A model generated the notes under the pieces. It did not search any database. It was not told the DNA's origin and was given only the letters and a program-made list of their open reading frames with translations. Positions 38,156 through 46,799 of a DNA stretch of 64,000 nt are shown piece by piece. The position numbers and the translations under genes were made by a program. Each line of letters opens with the position of its first letter. Position 1 is the first letter of the stretch. This DNA comes from an uncultured bacterium (GTDB taxonomy: Bacteria; Acidobacteriota; HRBIN11; JAKEFK01), in assembly GCA_963777505.1 (NCBI GenBank), contig CAVZQN010000006.1, positions 192,001 to 256,000 on the forward strand. The letters run 5' to 3'.

Positions 38156-39355
38156 CTATTCGGCACGCAGGGCTTCTAACGGATCAAGATTCGCAGCTCT
38201 GCGCGCTGGCATCACGCCGCTCACGAGTCCAACGATCACGCTCACGATGACTGAAAGAACAACATACATCGTTGGTACCTGGATCGGTAAAGCGGGAATC
38301 AATAATCCTAAAGTCAGTGCTACAAACAAACCGCCAAGGACGCCAATAACCCCTCCCGTGGTTGAAAGTACCGCTGCTTCAGCAAGAAACAGAGTCAGAA
38401 CCTGTTTTGGTTCTGCCCCGATCGCTTTTTGCAAACCAATTTCGCTAATTCGTTCATTCACAGAAATCCACATCATTGTTAAAATTCCAACCGCCCCTAC
38501 AAGCAAAGAAATTCCTGCTATCGCTCCCACAGCCATCGTAAGAATGTTTAGAATATTGCCGAGTGTATCTAACATTTCTGTTTGAGTAATCACTGTAAAG
38601 TCTTCTTCATCATCATGCTGCTCTTTCATGACCTCTTTTACACGTTTTGTTATCAAATCAACGGGCGTGTTCGTAGAGTACGTCAGATCAATTTCGTTGA
38701 GTCCTTCTTTGTTAAAGAGTTTCAATGCGAGTGACACAGGAATATAAGCGGAGTCATCAATATCAATTCCAAGCATTTGCCCTTTTGATTCCATCAACCC
38801 GATCACTTGAAATCGGCGTCCACCAATATCGATGTACTTACCCAATGCATTTTCATCGGCGAATAGTTCACGTTTCAAGCTGGGTCCAAGAATGGCAACT
38901 GGTGGTCCACGGCGTGGATCACCTGGTGGAATAAAGGATCCTTGCCGGATTTTGAATTTCCAGACTTCAAGAACATCAGAAGTAACGCCGTATACAAATA
39001 CAGACCTTCCCCGGTTTTTGTATTCAACGCGCCCTGATCCAAAAGAGACGGGCACAACTTTTTCTACACCTTGAATGCGCTTCAAACGTTCTGCATCTTC
39101 AAGAGTTAGATTCCGTGTGCTTGATGCGATGCCTGGTATACCAAAGGTTTCAGATTTGCCAGGGTGAATGGCCATTAAGTTTGTTCCAAATTGTGTAAAC
39201 TGCGTAAGCACAAATGTGCGTAAACCTTCACCGATTGAAGTGAGAAGAATGACTGATGCGGTGCCGATGGCGATTCCTAACATGGTGAGAATCGTACGCA
39301 ATCTGTGCGCACGGATCGTTCCGATTGTTAATCGAGCAACATCATCAAATTGCAT
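38156..39355 (-). CDS. MacB/FtsX-family ABC permease
   Basis: LTMLGIAIG, GAIAGISLLVGAVGI, ERISEIG, PARRAANLDPLEALR. Confidence 0.92.
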   Translation of the reverse strand: MQFDDVARLTIGTIRAHRLRTILTMLGIAIGTASVILLTSIGEGLRTFVLTQFTQFGTNLMAIHPGKSETFGIPGIASSTRNLTLEDAERLKRIQGVEKVVPVSFGSGRVEYKNRGRSVFVYGVTSDVLEVWKFKIRQGSFIPPGDPRRGPPVAILGPSLKRELFADENALGKYIDIGGRRFQVIGLMESKGQMLGIDIDDSAYIPVSLALKLFNKEGLNEIDLTYSTNTPVDLITKRVKEVMKEQHDDEEDFTVITQTEMLDTLGNILNILTMAVGAIAGISLLVGAVGILTMMWISVNERISEIGLQKAIGAEPKQVLTLFLAEAAVLSTTGGVIGVLGGLFVALTLGLLIPALPIQVPTMYVVLSVIVSVIVGLVSGVMPARRAANLDPLEALRAE

Positions 39356-40560
39356 TATCGTTTCGCAAGTGCCTGAATCGGATCAAGTTTTGAAGCGCGC
39401 CTTGCTGGCCACACTCCAAAAATAATTCCAACTCCGAATGCCACCGCAAGCGCTGTCACTACAGCCCAATTTGGAACTTCAGCGGGAAGAGCAGGAAATA
39501 ATTTCATTGCAAGGTCAACTAAAAATGACGCAAGTATCAAGCCTGTAATTCCTCCCAGGAGCGAAAGCAATGCAGCTTCAGCAAGAAAGACAAGCACGAC
39601 TTGTGAAGGTTTGACTCCTACGGCTTTGAGCAGTCCAATCTCCGGAGTTCGTTCTGAAACTGAAACTAGCATGACGTTCATAATCCCGATTCCTGCAACT
39701 GTCAGCGAAATTGCAGCAATTCCAGCAAGAGCAAGAGTTAAGGCAGTAAAAATTTCGTTAAAAGAACTTAAAACCGAATCTTGAGTAATGAGAGTCACGT
39801 CTTCTTCATTGTTATGACGTTCTATAAGAATTTTCAAAACATCACGCTCAACAGCATCGAGTTCTGAATAGGAATTCGCTTCGATAAAAATTCGAAATAA
39901 AGATGTGAGATCAAACACTCTCATTGCGGATGCTACGGGAACCGCGACCATGTCATCGATATCGAATCCCATGCTTTGCCCTTTTGATTCCAACACTCCA
40001 ATGATTCGAAACCGGTGATCGCCAACATGAAGAATTCTTCCAAGCGGATTGACTCCTGGAAATAATTCTTTTTGGATCAACGTACCTATGACGCAGACAG
40101 TCGCTCCACGGCCGACATCTCCCTTTGGGATAAATGAACCACGTGAAACTTTCAGTTTTCGAATTTCAGCAAATTCATAAGTCGTACCCATGATGTTTGT
40201 ATTCCTACTTCTGGATTGGTAAGAAACAAGTGCCTGACCAAATGTCAAAGGTGCAACCCTTCGAACTCTTGGAACTCGCTTTTCGATAGCGGTCATATCT
40301 TCAAGTGTCAGATCGTTTGGTGTTCCACCCATGGCTGGAATTGCGCCCGTTGTTTCAACTTTGCCTGGCAGTACGATTACAAGATTGCTGCCTAGTGTTG
40401 CGAGTTCGCCTGTTACATATGTCCTGGCGCCTTCACCAAGAGCCGTAAGAAGCACAACAGAAGACACGCCGATTGCAACACCTATCATGCTGAGGATGCT
40501 GCGCAGTTTGTGTCCCTTTAACGCTTTCCACGCAAACAAAAAGGTATCAATCGGATTCAC
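39355..40560 (-). CDS. MacB/FtsX-family ABC permease
   Basis: GIGIMNVMLVSVSERTPEIG, PARRASKLDPIQAL. Confidence 0.92.
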   Translation of the reverse strand: MNPIDTFLFAWKALKGHKLRSILSMIGVAIGVSSVVLLTALGEGARTYVTGELATLGSNLVIVLPGKVETTGAIPAMGGTPNDLTLEDMTAIEKRVPRVRRVAPLTFGQALVSYQSRSRNTNIMGTTYEFAEIRKLKVSRGSFIPKGDVGRGATVCVIGTLIQKELFPGVNPLGRILHVGDHRFRIIGVLESKGQSMGFDIDDMVAVPVASAMRVFDLTSLFRIFIEANSYSELDAVERDVLKILIERHNNEEDVTLITQDSVLSSFNEIFTALTLALAGIAAISLTVAGIGIMNVMLVSVSERTPEIGLLKAVGVKPSQVVLVFLAEAALLSLLGGITGLILASFLVDLAMKLFPALPAEVPNWAVVTALAVAFGVGIIFGVWPARRASKLDPIQALAKR

Positions 40561-41232
40561 TTGTGGATTTCCTCTACGATCGTTCCATCACGAAGCAAAA
40601 TTCGACGCTTCGCTCGTTCACCAATTGAAGGATCATGTGTTACAAGAATGACGCTCAAGCCGCCGCGATTCATTTCTTCGATTAATGCAATTATTTCTTG
40701 CCCGGAGTGAGTGTCCAGATTTCCAGTCGGCTCATCTGCCAGCAAAATTGTTGGATCCATAACGACTGCTCGCGCAATGGCAACACGCTGACGCTCACCT
40801 CCGGAAAGTTGATTCGGCCTGTGATTCATGCGATGCGATAACCCAACGCTAGTCAGAGCTTTTTCCACACGCTGACGTCTTTCTGCGCGGCTTATTCCTG
40901 CAAATATCATCGGTAATTCCACATTACCGGCAGCATCCAAGTCGCGAGACCAGATGAAAAAACTGAAAAACAAATCCAATATGAAATCTTCGAATCAATG
41001 CAAGTTCATTTTCGGATAAATTGGTGACATCTTTTCCATCTAATAAATATTTGCCACTGGTTGGATGATCCAAACATCCAATGACATTCAACAGTGTAGA
41101 TTTTCCTGATCCGGAAGGTCCCATAAGCGAAACATATTCGCCGTTTTGAATTTCGAGATTGATACTTTTGAGTGCATGAACAGTTTCTTCACCGACTTGA
41201 AACTGTCGGCTGATGTTGATGAGCTGAATCAT
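40557..41232 (-). CDS. ABC transporter ATP-binding protein (LolD/MacB type); frameshift near 40937
   Basis: GPSGSGKS in the 5' ORF; LSGGERQR and LLADEPTGNLD in the 3' ORF; removing one base joins them. Confidence 0.88.
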
Positions 41233-41262
41233 AATGCGGCACTCCCCGGATCGGGATGAAGA

Positions 41263-42417
41263 TTACTTTCCTACTTCTTCAGTGGTTTTTACTTCGACAC
41301 CCTCTTTTACTTCAGCACGTTCCAGCGAAACCGTAATGACATCACCTTCTTTCAATCCTTCCGTAATTTCGATGTAATCCCAGTTTCGCAAACCAGTCTT
41401 TACATTTCGTGCGACGAGTGTGTTATCAACAACAAGTAAAACGCGACTTCCTTCCATCAAGGCATAAGCAGGGATGCGCAGAACGTTATCGCGTGCGCTC
41501 AGGATTACTTCAATATCGGCGGAAGTTCCCGGAAGAAGCTTTTTTGAGAATTGAACATCCTTAAATTCGGATTCAACATCTACAGTACGGTTTTGCCCTT
41601 CTACATCACGCACAAAGGGAGCAATCTTGGTAACTGTTCCTGGAAACGTTTGATCAGGATATGGATCCAGGCTCATTCGGACCGGGAGATCTAAACGTAA
41701 TTTAGCTGCATCCGTTTCATCAATCGGTGCTTCAACATAAATTCCAGACTCGTCCAGCATATCGATTACTGGCGGAATGGGAACGCCAGGCGGCGAAGGT
41801 GTAACCCATTCTCCAAGTTCAGTCGTTACTTCAACAACAACGCCATCAAAAGGTGCACGAAGTTCCGTTTTTTTCAAAGCAGCACGATAAACTTCGATAT
41901 TTGCTCTTGCACGGCTTGTATCGGCTTGAGCTGCTTCACAACGGGAACGCGCAGCTTCATATTGGTTGGAGGATTGATCGAGAACTGCATCCGATACAAT
42001 GCCTTGTTTATGCAATGCTTCACTCCGCTGCGACTCTTTTCGTGCAAGTTCTGCTGAGACACACGCTTCCTTTCTTGCAGCATCCGTTGACTCTGCCGCT
42101 TTTTGTGCGAGTTCAAGTGAAGCCTTGTATTCGGTGTCATCAAGACGCAACAAAAGCTGGCCTTTTTTCACACGCTGCGCTTCGCGCGCATCAATAAATA
42201 CAACTCTGCCACCAATTTCCGGACTTAGATTTGAGCGCTTCCGAACTTTGACAGTACCCGCTTTACTGTTCGTCACAGTTTGTTCAACTCTTCCGCGCTG
42301 AACACGATAGATAGAAACCTCAATCGGTTTTGGTGCAAACAACGTCATGCGCAGCAGAAAAATAATTCCAACAAGAAGGCCAAGAATGATTAAACGGTTT
42401 CGCCACTTCGAACTCAT
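41263..42417 (-). CDS. Periplasmic adaptor (MacA-like membrane fusion protein)
   Basis: N-terminal anchor, GGRV..VKKGQLL, LRAPFDGVV, IDETD. Confidence 0.9.
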   Translation of the reverse strand: MSSKWRNRLIILGLLVGIIFLLRMTLFAPKPIEVSIYRVQRGRVEQTVTNSKAGTVKVRKRSNLSPEIGGRVVFIDAREAQRVKKGQLLLRLDDTEYKASLELAQKAAESTDAARKEACVSAELARKESQRSEALHKQGIVSDAVLDQSSNQYEAARSRCEAAQADTSRARANIEVYRAALKKTELRAPFDGVVVEVTTELGEWVTPSPPGVPIPPVIDMLDESGIYVEAPIDETDAAKLRLDLPVRMSLDPYPDQTFPGTVTKIAPFVRDVEGQNRTVDVESEFKDVQFSKKLLPGTSADIEVILSARDNVLRIPAYALMEGSRVLLVVDNTLVARNVKTGLRNWDYIEITEGLKEGDVITVSLERAEVKEGVEVKTTEEVGK

Positions 42418-42490
42418 CGTTGCACCAAAGGCAACAATTCAACCATAAAGTTTGGCTAGATGCTATTAACCGCAGAGACGCACAGTCAGA

Positions 42491-42829
42491 TTATCTCTGG
42501 GTAGTCAGCTCGGCATATTTGCCGTGGCCTTCCCAAATGCGTAGCGTAAATGAATAGGGAAGCCGGCTGGAAATTCTATTGGCGAGCAATTCACAGATGT
42601 TTTCAACAGAAGGGTAGTCAAGAAATTCATTAAACGAACGATGATCATATTCAGCAAGGATGTCTTTTACAGATCTTTTTAGATCAGCAAAATCCACAAT
42701 CATTCCGTTTTTTTTCTCACCTTCAATAATGATGTCTACAGTGTATGTATGTCCGTGGAGGCGTCCGCATTTTTCATGCTCGGGCAAATAATGAGCACAA
42801 TCAATGTATTCCGTGATTCCAAGCTTCAT
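42491..42829 (-). CDS. queD: 6-carboxytetrahydropterin synthase (PTPS family)
   Basis: AH, CGRLHGHTY, VDF, DH, PSVEN motifs. Confidence 0.88.
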   Translation of the reverse strand: MKLGITEYIDCAHYLPEHEKCGRLHGHTYTVDIIIEGEKKNGMIVDFADLKRSVKDILAEYDHRSFNEFLDYPSVENICELLANRISSRLPYSFTLRIWEGHGKYAELTTQR

Positions 42830-43961
42830 ATTCATTTCTCCAATCGCCTCCAGTAAAACGCTTCAACGTTCTTATTCTACTACTCTGACAAAACTCCGGA
42901 ATCATGTTACGTCCCGTTGTTAACAATTCATAAAGCCACCGTGCTCCTTCCATTGCGTAACTGTGTCCTAATCCGCAAAGTCCTGCCAAAATATAACAAC
43001 CAGGACGTTCCAGTTTTCCGATGAATGGAAATCCATCTACAGTAAATGCCATCGTGCTGCACCATGTTTTCAATGGTTGCATTGTGCTGAACAATTCCTG
43101 ATTCATAAAATTTCGAATCCATTCAATTTGAACATTTAAGATCGCCGGTGAGATTTCGGACGTAACTCCGATTTCATCTTCAGGTACGTGATATTCCAAT
43201 CCGCCAAACCTGAGTGCATCAGCACGAAAATTCCAATATATATCGCCATAGTTCATGATTACAGGTTTTTCTGTCGGTGCTATATTTTTCAAACTAAGCT
43301 CCAGCATTTGACCACGCAAGGGAATATACAAGCCGTCAAGCTCAGGAAGAAGCGGCGCAGAAAAAGCATTCAAACAAAAGATAATATTTTCAGCTTCAAA
43401 CAACCCTTTCGATGTTCGAAGCTGAATCGATGACGAACGTTCGATAATTTCCAACACTTCGCATTGCAGGCGCTTTGGAAGATCTTCCGCGAGACTGCTC
43501 CAGAATCTTACAGAATCGATTAAAGCATCGGAATGATTGATTAAAGCGGCAGTTTTTGCCTTCAGTCCTACATCCAAATCATCGACCCAATCAACATTAA
43601 ATTGATCTTCTTTCAATAAGTGATAGCTATCTTTTAAATCCTGAAATTCCGTTTCGTTGAAGGGAAGGGAGAGACTTCCTGTTTGGTTGTAGTCACAATT
43701 AAAATTCTTTGCGATTTCACGAATCCTGGAATGACTTTGGAGATGAATGTTCTGAATTTCGCGTGCGCGTTGGCGTCCAAGTCGCGCTACAGTCTTTACG
43801 TAATGTTCACCAAAGCCGGAAATTATGAAGCCAGCATTATTTTTTGTAGCACCAGAAAGTAGATTTTCGCGCTCTAGAATCAGAATATTTTTCTTGCGAA
43901 AAAAATGTCCGACTGAAATTCCGGACATTCCTCCGCCAACGATGAGGAGATCGTAGATCAT
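42801..43961 (-). CDS. FAD-dependent oxidoreductase (DAO/PuuB-like)
   Basis: IVGGGMSG, GATKNNAG, PLRGQM, FTVDGFPFIG, GLCGLG. Confidence 0.85.
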   Translation of the reverse strand: MIYDLLIVGGGMSGISVGHFFRKKNILILERENLLSGATKNNAGFIISGFGEHYVKTVARLGRQRAREIQNIHLQSHSRIREIAKNFNCDYNQTGSLSLPFNETEFQDLKDSYHLLKEDQFNVDWVDDLDVGLKAKTAALINHSDALIDSVRFWSSLAEDLPKRLQCEVLEIIERSSSIQLRTSKGLFEAENIIFCLNAFSAPLLPELDGLYIPLRGQMLELSLKNIAPTEKPVIMNYGDIYWNFRADALRFGGLEYHVPEDEIGVTSEISPAILNVQIEWIRNFMNQELFSTMQPLKTWCSTMAFTVDGFPFIGKLERPGCYILAGLCGLGHSYAMEGARWLYELLTTGRNMIPEFCQSSRIRTLKRFTGGDWRNEYEAWNHGIH

Positions 43962-44581
43962 GAATCTAATAGAAGAGGATCATGAATACCCAGTGCCTGA
44001 AATGCTTCCGCGCGTTCGATGCAGCTGACACACTTTTCACAAGGCCGGGATCCATCCCAGTAACAGCTCCATGTATATTCAAAAGGAACTTTCCATTCCA
44101 TCGCTTTTTTCATCACTTGTGTCTTTGTCATTTCTGCGAGCGGTAATTCAATCAGTACTTTTCGGGCAAGTAAAGCTTGATTGATCAATTGTGATAGCTG
44201 TTCAAAAAACTTTGTGGAAGCATCAGGAAACGATTCTGAGTCCACCTTGATATGACCTCCGATGATTGCATCACAAGAATGAATCTCAGCATAATGTGCG
44301 GCGATTGAATAAAAAATCATATTTCTATTCGGAACATATCCTTCTGGTACAGATTCAGTAAAAGTTTCGGTATCCGTCGCTTCCCGCAAAAATCCAATCG
44401 GCACTTCAATTAATGACGCTGGAAAAACTTGAAGCAGCCGGTACACCGCAAGACGTTCACGAAACGGGCGCAAGTGATAATCAAAAGTAATTGCCGCTAC
44501 TTCAGCGTAATTCTGTTTCGACCAGGCAAGAGTGGTTGCCGAATCGATTCCACCAGAAAGCATAACGAGTGCGCGACTCAT
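43958..44581 (-). CDS. queC: 7-cyano-7-deazaguanine synthase (divergent)
   Basis: PP-loop LSGGIDS, YVPNRN, TWSCY..PCEKCVSC zinc site; start placed at MSRALV. Confidence 0.85.
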   Translation of the reverse strand: MSRALVMLSGGIDSATTLAWSKQNYAEVAAITFDYHLRPFRERLAVYRLLQVFPASLIEVPIGFLREATDTETFTESVPEGYVPNRNMIFYSIAAHYAEIHSCDAIIGGHIKVDSESFPDASTKFFEQLSQLINQALLARKVLIELPLAEMTKTQVMKKAMEWKVPFEYTWSCYWDGSRPCEKCVSCIERAEAFQALGIHDPLLLDS

Positions 44582-44590
44582 AGATGAAAG

Positions 44591-44659
44591 AGAGAATAGA
44601 GGATAGAGGATTGAGAATGGCAGGAGCTCGCTATCTTCTATCCTCAATTCTCTATTCTC
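44591..44659. repeat. Heptamer-repeat hairpin (GRATWGA units) between the SDR and queC
   Basis: GAATAGA GGATAGA GGATTGA GAATGG ... TCTATCC TCAATTC TCTATTC. Confidence 0.8.
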
Positions 44660-45413
44660 ATAAATTAAGGATGCCGCCATCGATCGCGATTGTTTGGCCT
44701 GTGATAAAAGTACAGGTTGGGGATGCAAGGAAGGCGACAAGCTCCGCGACTTCTTCCGGCGTGCCAATCCGTTTCAGCAATGATTCAGATGCAATCGCTT
44801 CGACATCTTGAGGCGTAAGCTTCCATTTTTCAATCCAATCCGTGCGAATAGATCCTGGCGCAACAGCATTCACTTGAACGTAGGGTGCAAAAGCATGCGC
44901 CAATGTGCGAGTCACACCAACGATCGCACTTTTTGCTGCTGTATATAGATAGGTAGGAACGTCGCCCCACAAAGCTGCACTTGAAGAGAAATTAATAATC
45001 TTTCCGAACTTTTGCGGTTCCATGATTTTGAAAGCTTCGTGACAACACAACATTGTCCCTTTCAAATCGACTTGAATTGTCTTTTCCCATTCTTCCCAAT
45101 TGAACTCTGTGGGTTTTACATTCCAACCTACAGGAGAAGAATAGGAGGCGTTATTGACAAGCACATCAAGCCGTCCAAATTCCTTTTTGCAAAGTTCAAA
45201 CAACTGGCGAACCTGATGCTCTTTACTAACATCAACATTCAATACAAACGCTCTTCCGCGCGCCGAAATTTCATCAGCAAGTTCAACGGCTGACTGTTTT
45301 GAGCGATTGTAGGTCAGTAACACATCGTAATTTATTTTCGAAAAATGCCTGACAATTGCAGCACCAATCCCGCGTGCTCCGCCGGTTACGATAACGACAG
45401 GTCGTCCAGGCAT
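44658..45413 (-). CDS. Short-chain dehydrogenase/reductase
   Basis: TGGARGIG, NNAS, catalytic YTAAK, VNAVAPG, ITGQ..IDGG. Confidence 0.92.
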   Translation of the reverse strand: MPGRPVVIVTGGARGIGAAIVRHFSKINYDVLLTYNRSKQSAVELADEISARGRAFVLNVDVSKEHQVRQLFELCKKEFGRLDVLVNNASYSSPVGWNVKPTEFNWEEWEKTIQVDLKGTMLCCHEAFKIMEPQKFGKIINFSSSAALWGDVPTYLYTAAKSAIVGVTRTLAHAFAPYVQVNAVAPGSIRTDWIEKWKLTPQDVEAIASESLLKRIGTPEEVAELVAFLASPTCTFITGQTIAIDGGILNL

Positions 45414-45433
45414 ATTTGAAAGTTACAGGGAAA

Positions 45434-46396
45434 TTACGAATGTGACAAGACTACAGACGTTTTCACAAGCTGTTCAGCAGCACGAATGACTTCTTGAGTT
45501 GAAATCGTTTCAATACAAAATGGCTTCTGATTCGATGATGGCTCACATTCGTGAAAAAAATTCTGATGGCACGGTGAACAAGGAAAGTTGTGATAAATAA
45601 CTTGCGAAGGGCTGATCTCCCGTGGTCCTGTAACACGAGGATCACCAGGTCCGTAAATACCAACTACGGATGCTCCGCACTGTTGCGCCAGATGCAGTGG
45701 CCCTGAATCATTTCCAATAAAAAGAGAGCAACGCTTCAAAAGTGCTGCTAGCTCAGTAAGAGGTGGACTCACGCGGGTTAAAAAACCGGAATCTGGCAGT
45801 TTTTCTCCAGAGACAATCACAATTTCCCAACCTTCTTTCTTGAAATGGTCAGCAACTTTGATGAAGCGATCCAAAGGCCAGGCTCGCTCCCGTTTTGAGG
45901 CGCCAGGATGAACGACTAGCAACGGCTCTCTTGCGGTTAAGGAAGGTTGAGGATATGTGCGGGCCGGAACATCAAAAAGCTCCAGAAGCCTCAAATAATA
46001 TTCACTTTGATGAATTCGGATGGACGGCGGCTTGAGGCTCTTTGAAAGCAAAAACCCCCTATGCTCCGTGTCATACCCGAACAATCGGTTCACACCGGCA
46101 TATTTAAATATGAGTGCTGAACCGATAGAATTCGGCAAAAGTAAGCCCTCTTGGTAGTGGCCGATCCGCAAAATAGATTCACGATTCAGGTAAGGCCATT
46201 CGCCTGCTTCATATTCAACGATTTCGGAATTGGAAATTGGAAAGATTTCGAATAGTTTTGCATGCTGGGAAGAGGTGCATAAGCCGATTCTCTTGTACCG
46301 AAATGACAAGGAATAAAGGAGATCAAAAGAGAATAGAATATCTCCCATCCAGTTCGGCAACTTTATGATTAGAGACGACATATTGGGCAGGGTCAT
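45434..46396 (-). CDS. GT9 LPS heptosyltransferase (WaaF-like)
   Basis: PNWMGD, LLPNS, HPGAS..RAWP, GNDSGPLHLA. Confidence 0.88.
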   Translation of the reverse strand: MTLPNMSSLIIKLPNWMGDILFSFDLLYSLSFRYKRIGLCTSSQHAKLFEIFPISNSEIVEYEAGEWPYLNRESILRIGHYQEGLLLPNSIGSALIFKYAGVNRLFGYDTEHRGFLLSKSLKPPSIRIHQSEYYLRLLELFDVPARTYPQPSLTAREPLLVVHPGASKRERAWPLDRFIKVADHFKKEGWEIVIVSGEKLPDSGFLTRVSPPLTELAALLKRCSLFIGNDSGPLHLAQQCGASVVGIYGPGDPRVTGPREISPSQVIYHNFPCSPCHQNFFHECEPSSNQKPFCIETISTQEVIRAAEQLVKTSVVLSHS

Positions 46397-46409
46397 TATG
46401 ACACTGGTG

Positions 46410-46439
46410 TTGCAAAAAGTGGAACCAGCACTGTATAAT
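46410..46439 (+). promoter_or_regulatory. Sigma-70 promoter of rpsO-pnp
   Basis: TTGCAA-18 nt-TATAAT; AAGGAG RBS downstream. Confidence 0.55.
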
Positions 46440-46476
46440 ACGGCTTCCCAAAAAGATTAAGGAGAATCGAACTGTC

Positions 46477-46743
46477 GTGTTGACGAAAGAAAGGAAAACT
46501 GAGATTATCACCTCGTTTAAAAGAGACGAGCGAGATACAGGCTCGCCGGAAGTGCAAATTGCGATCTTGACAGAGCGGATTAATTACCTGACTGAACATT
46601 TCAAGACCCACACTAAAGACCATCACTCCCGCCGTGGCCTTCTGAAGATGGTAAGCAAGCGTCGTCGTCTTCTGGATTTTCTAAAGGATGAAGACCATAC
46701 CCGTTATAGAGGCATCCTGAAGAAGCTCAATATCCGTAAATAA
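46477..46743 (+). CDS. rpsO: 30S ribosomal protein S15
   Basis: [23 protein letters not shown]. Confidence 0.98.
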   Translation: MLTKERKTEIITSFKRDERDTGSPEVQIAILTERINYLTEHFKTHTKDHHSRRGLLKMVSKRRRLLDFLKDEDHTRYRGILKKLNIRK

Positions 46744-46799
46744 AAGTCACCTCGCATTTCACATACCCTAAGAATCAACAACAGCGGAGAATACTTTTT

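Noticed and set aside
43958-44581. queC as part of an anti-phage system (Qat, type IV CBASS, Dpd)
   Set aside because: No TatD, KAP ATPase, cyclase or DpdA/TGT partner nearby; size and queD linkage fit a biosynthetic QueC
44582-44767. 62-aa N-terminal extension of QueC in the ORF track
   Set aside because: It overlaps the SDR gene and the heptamer repeat; QueC homology begins at MSRALV
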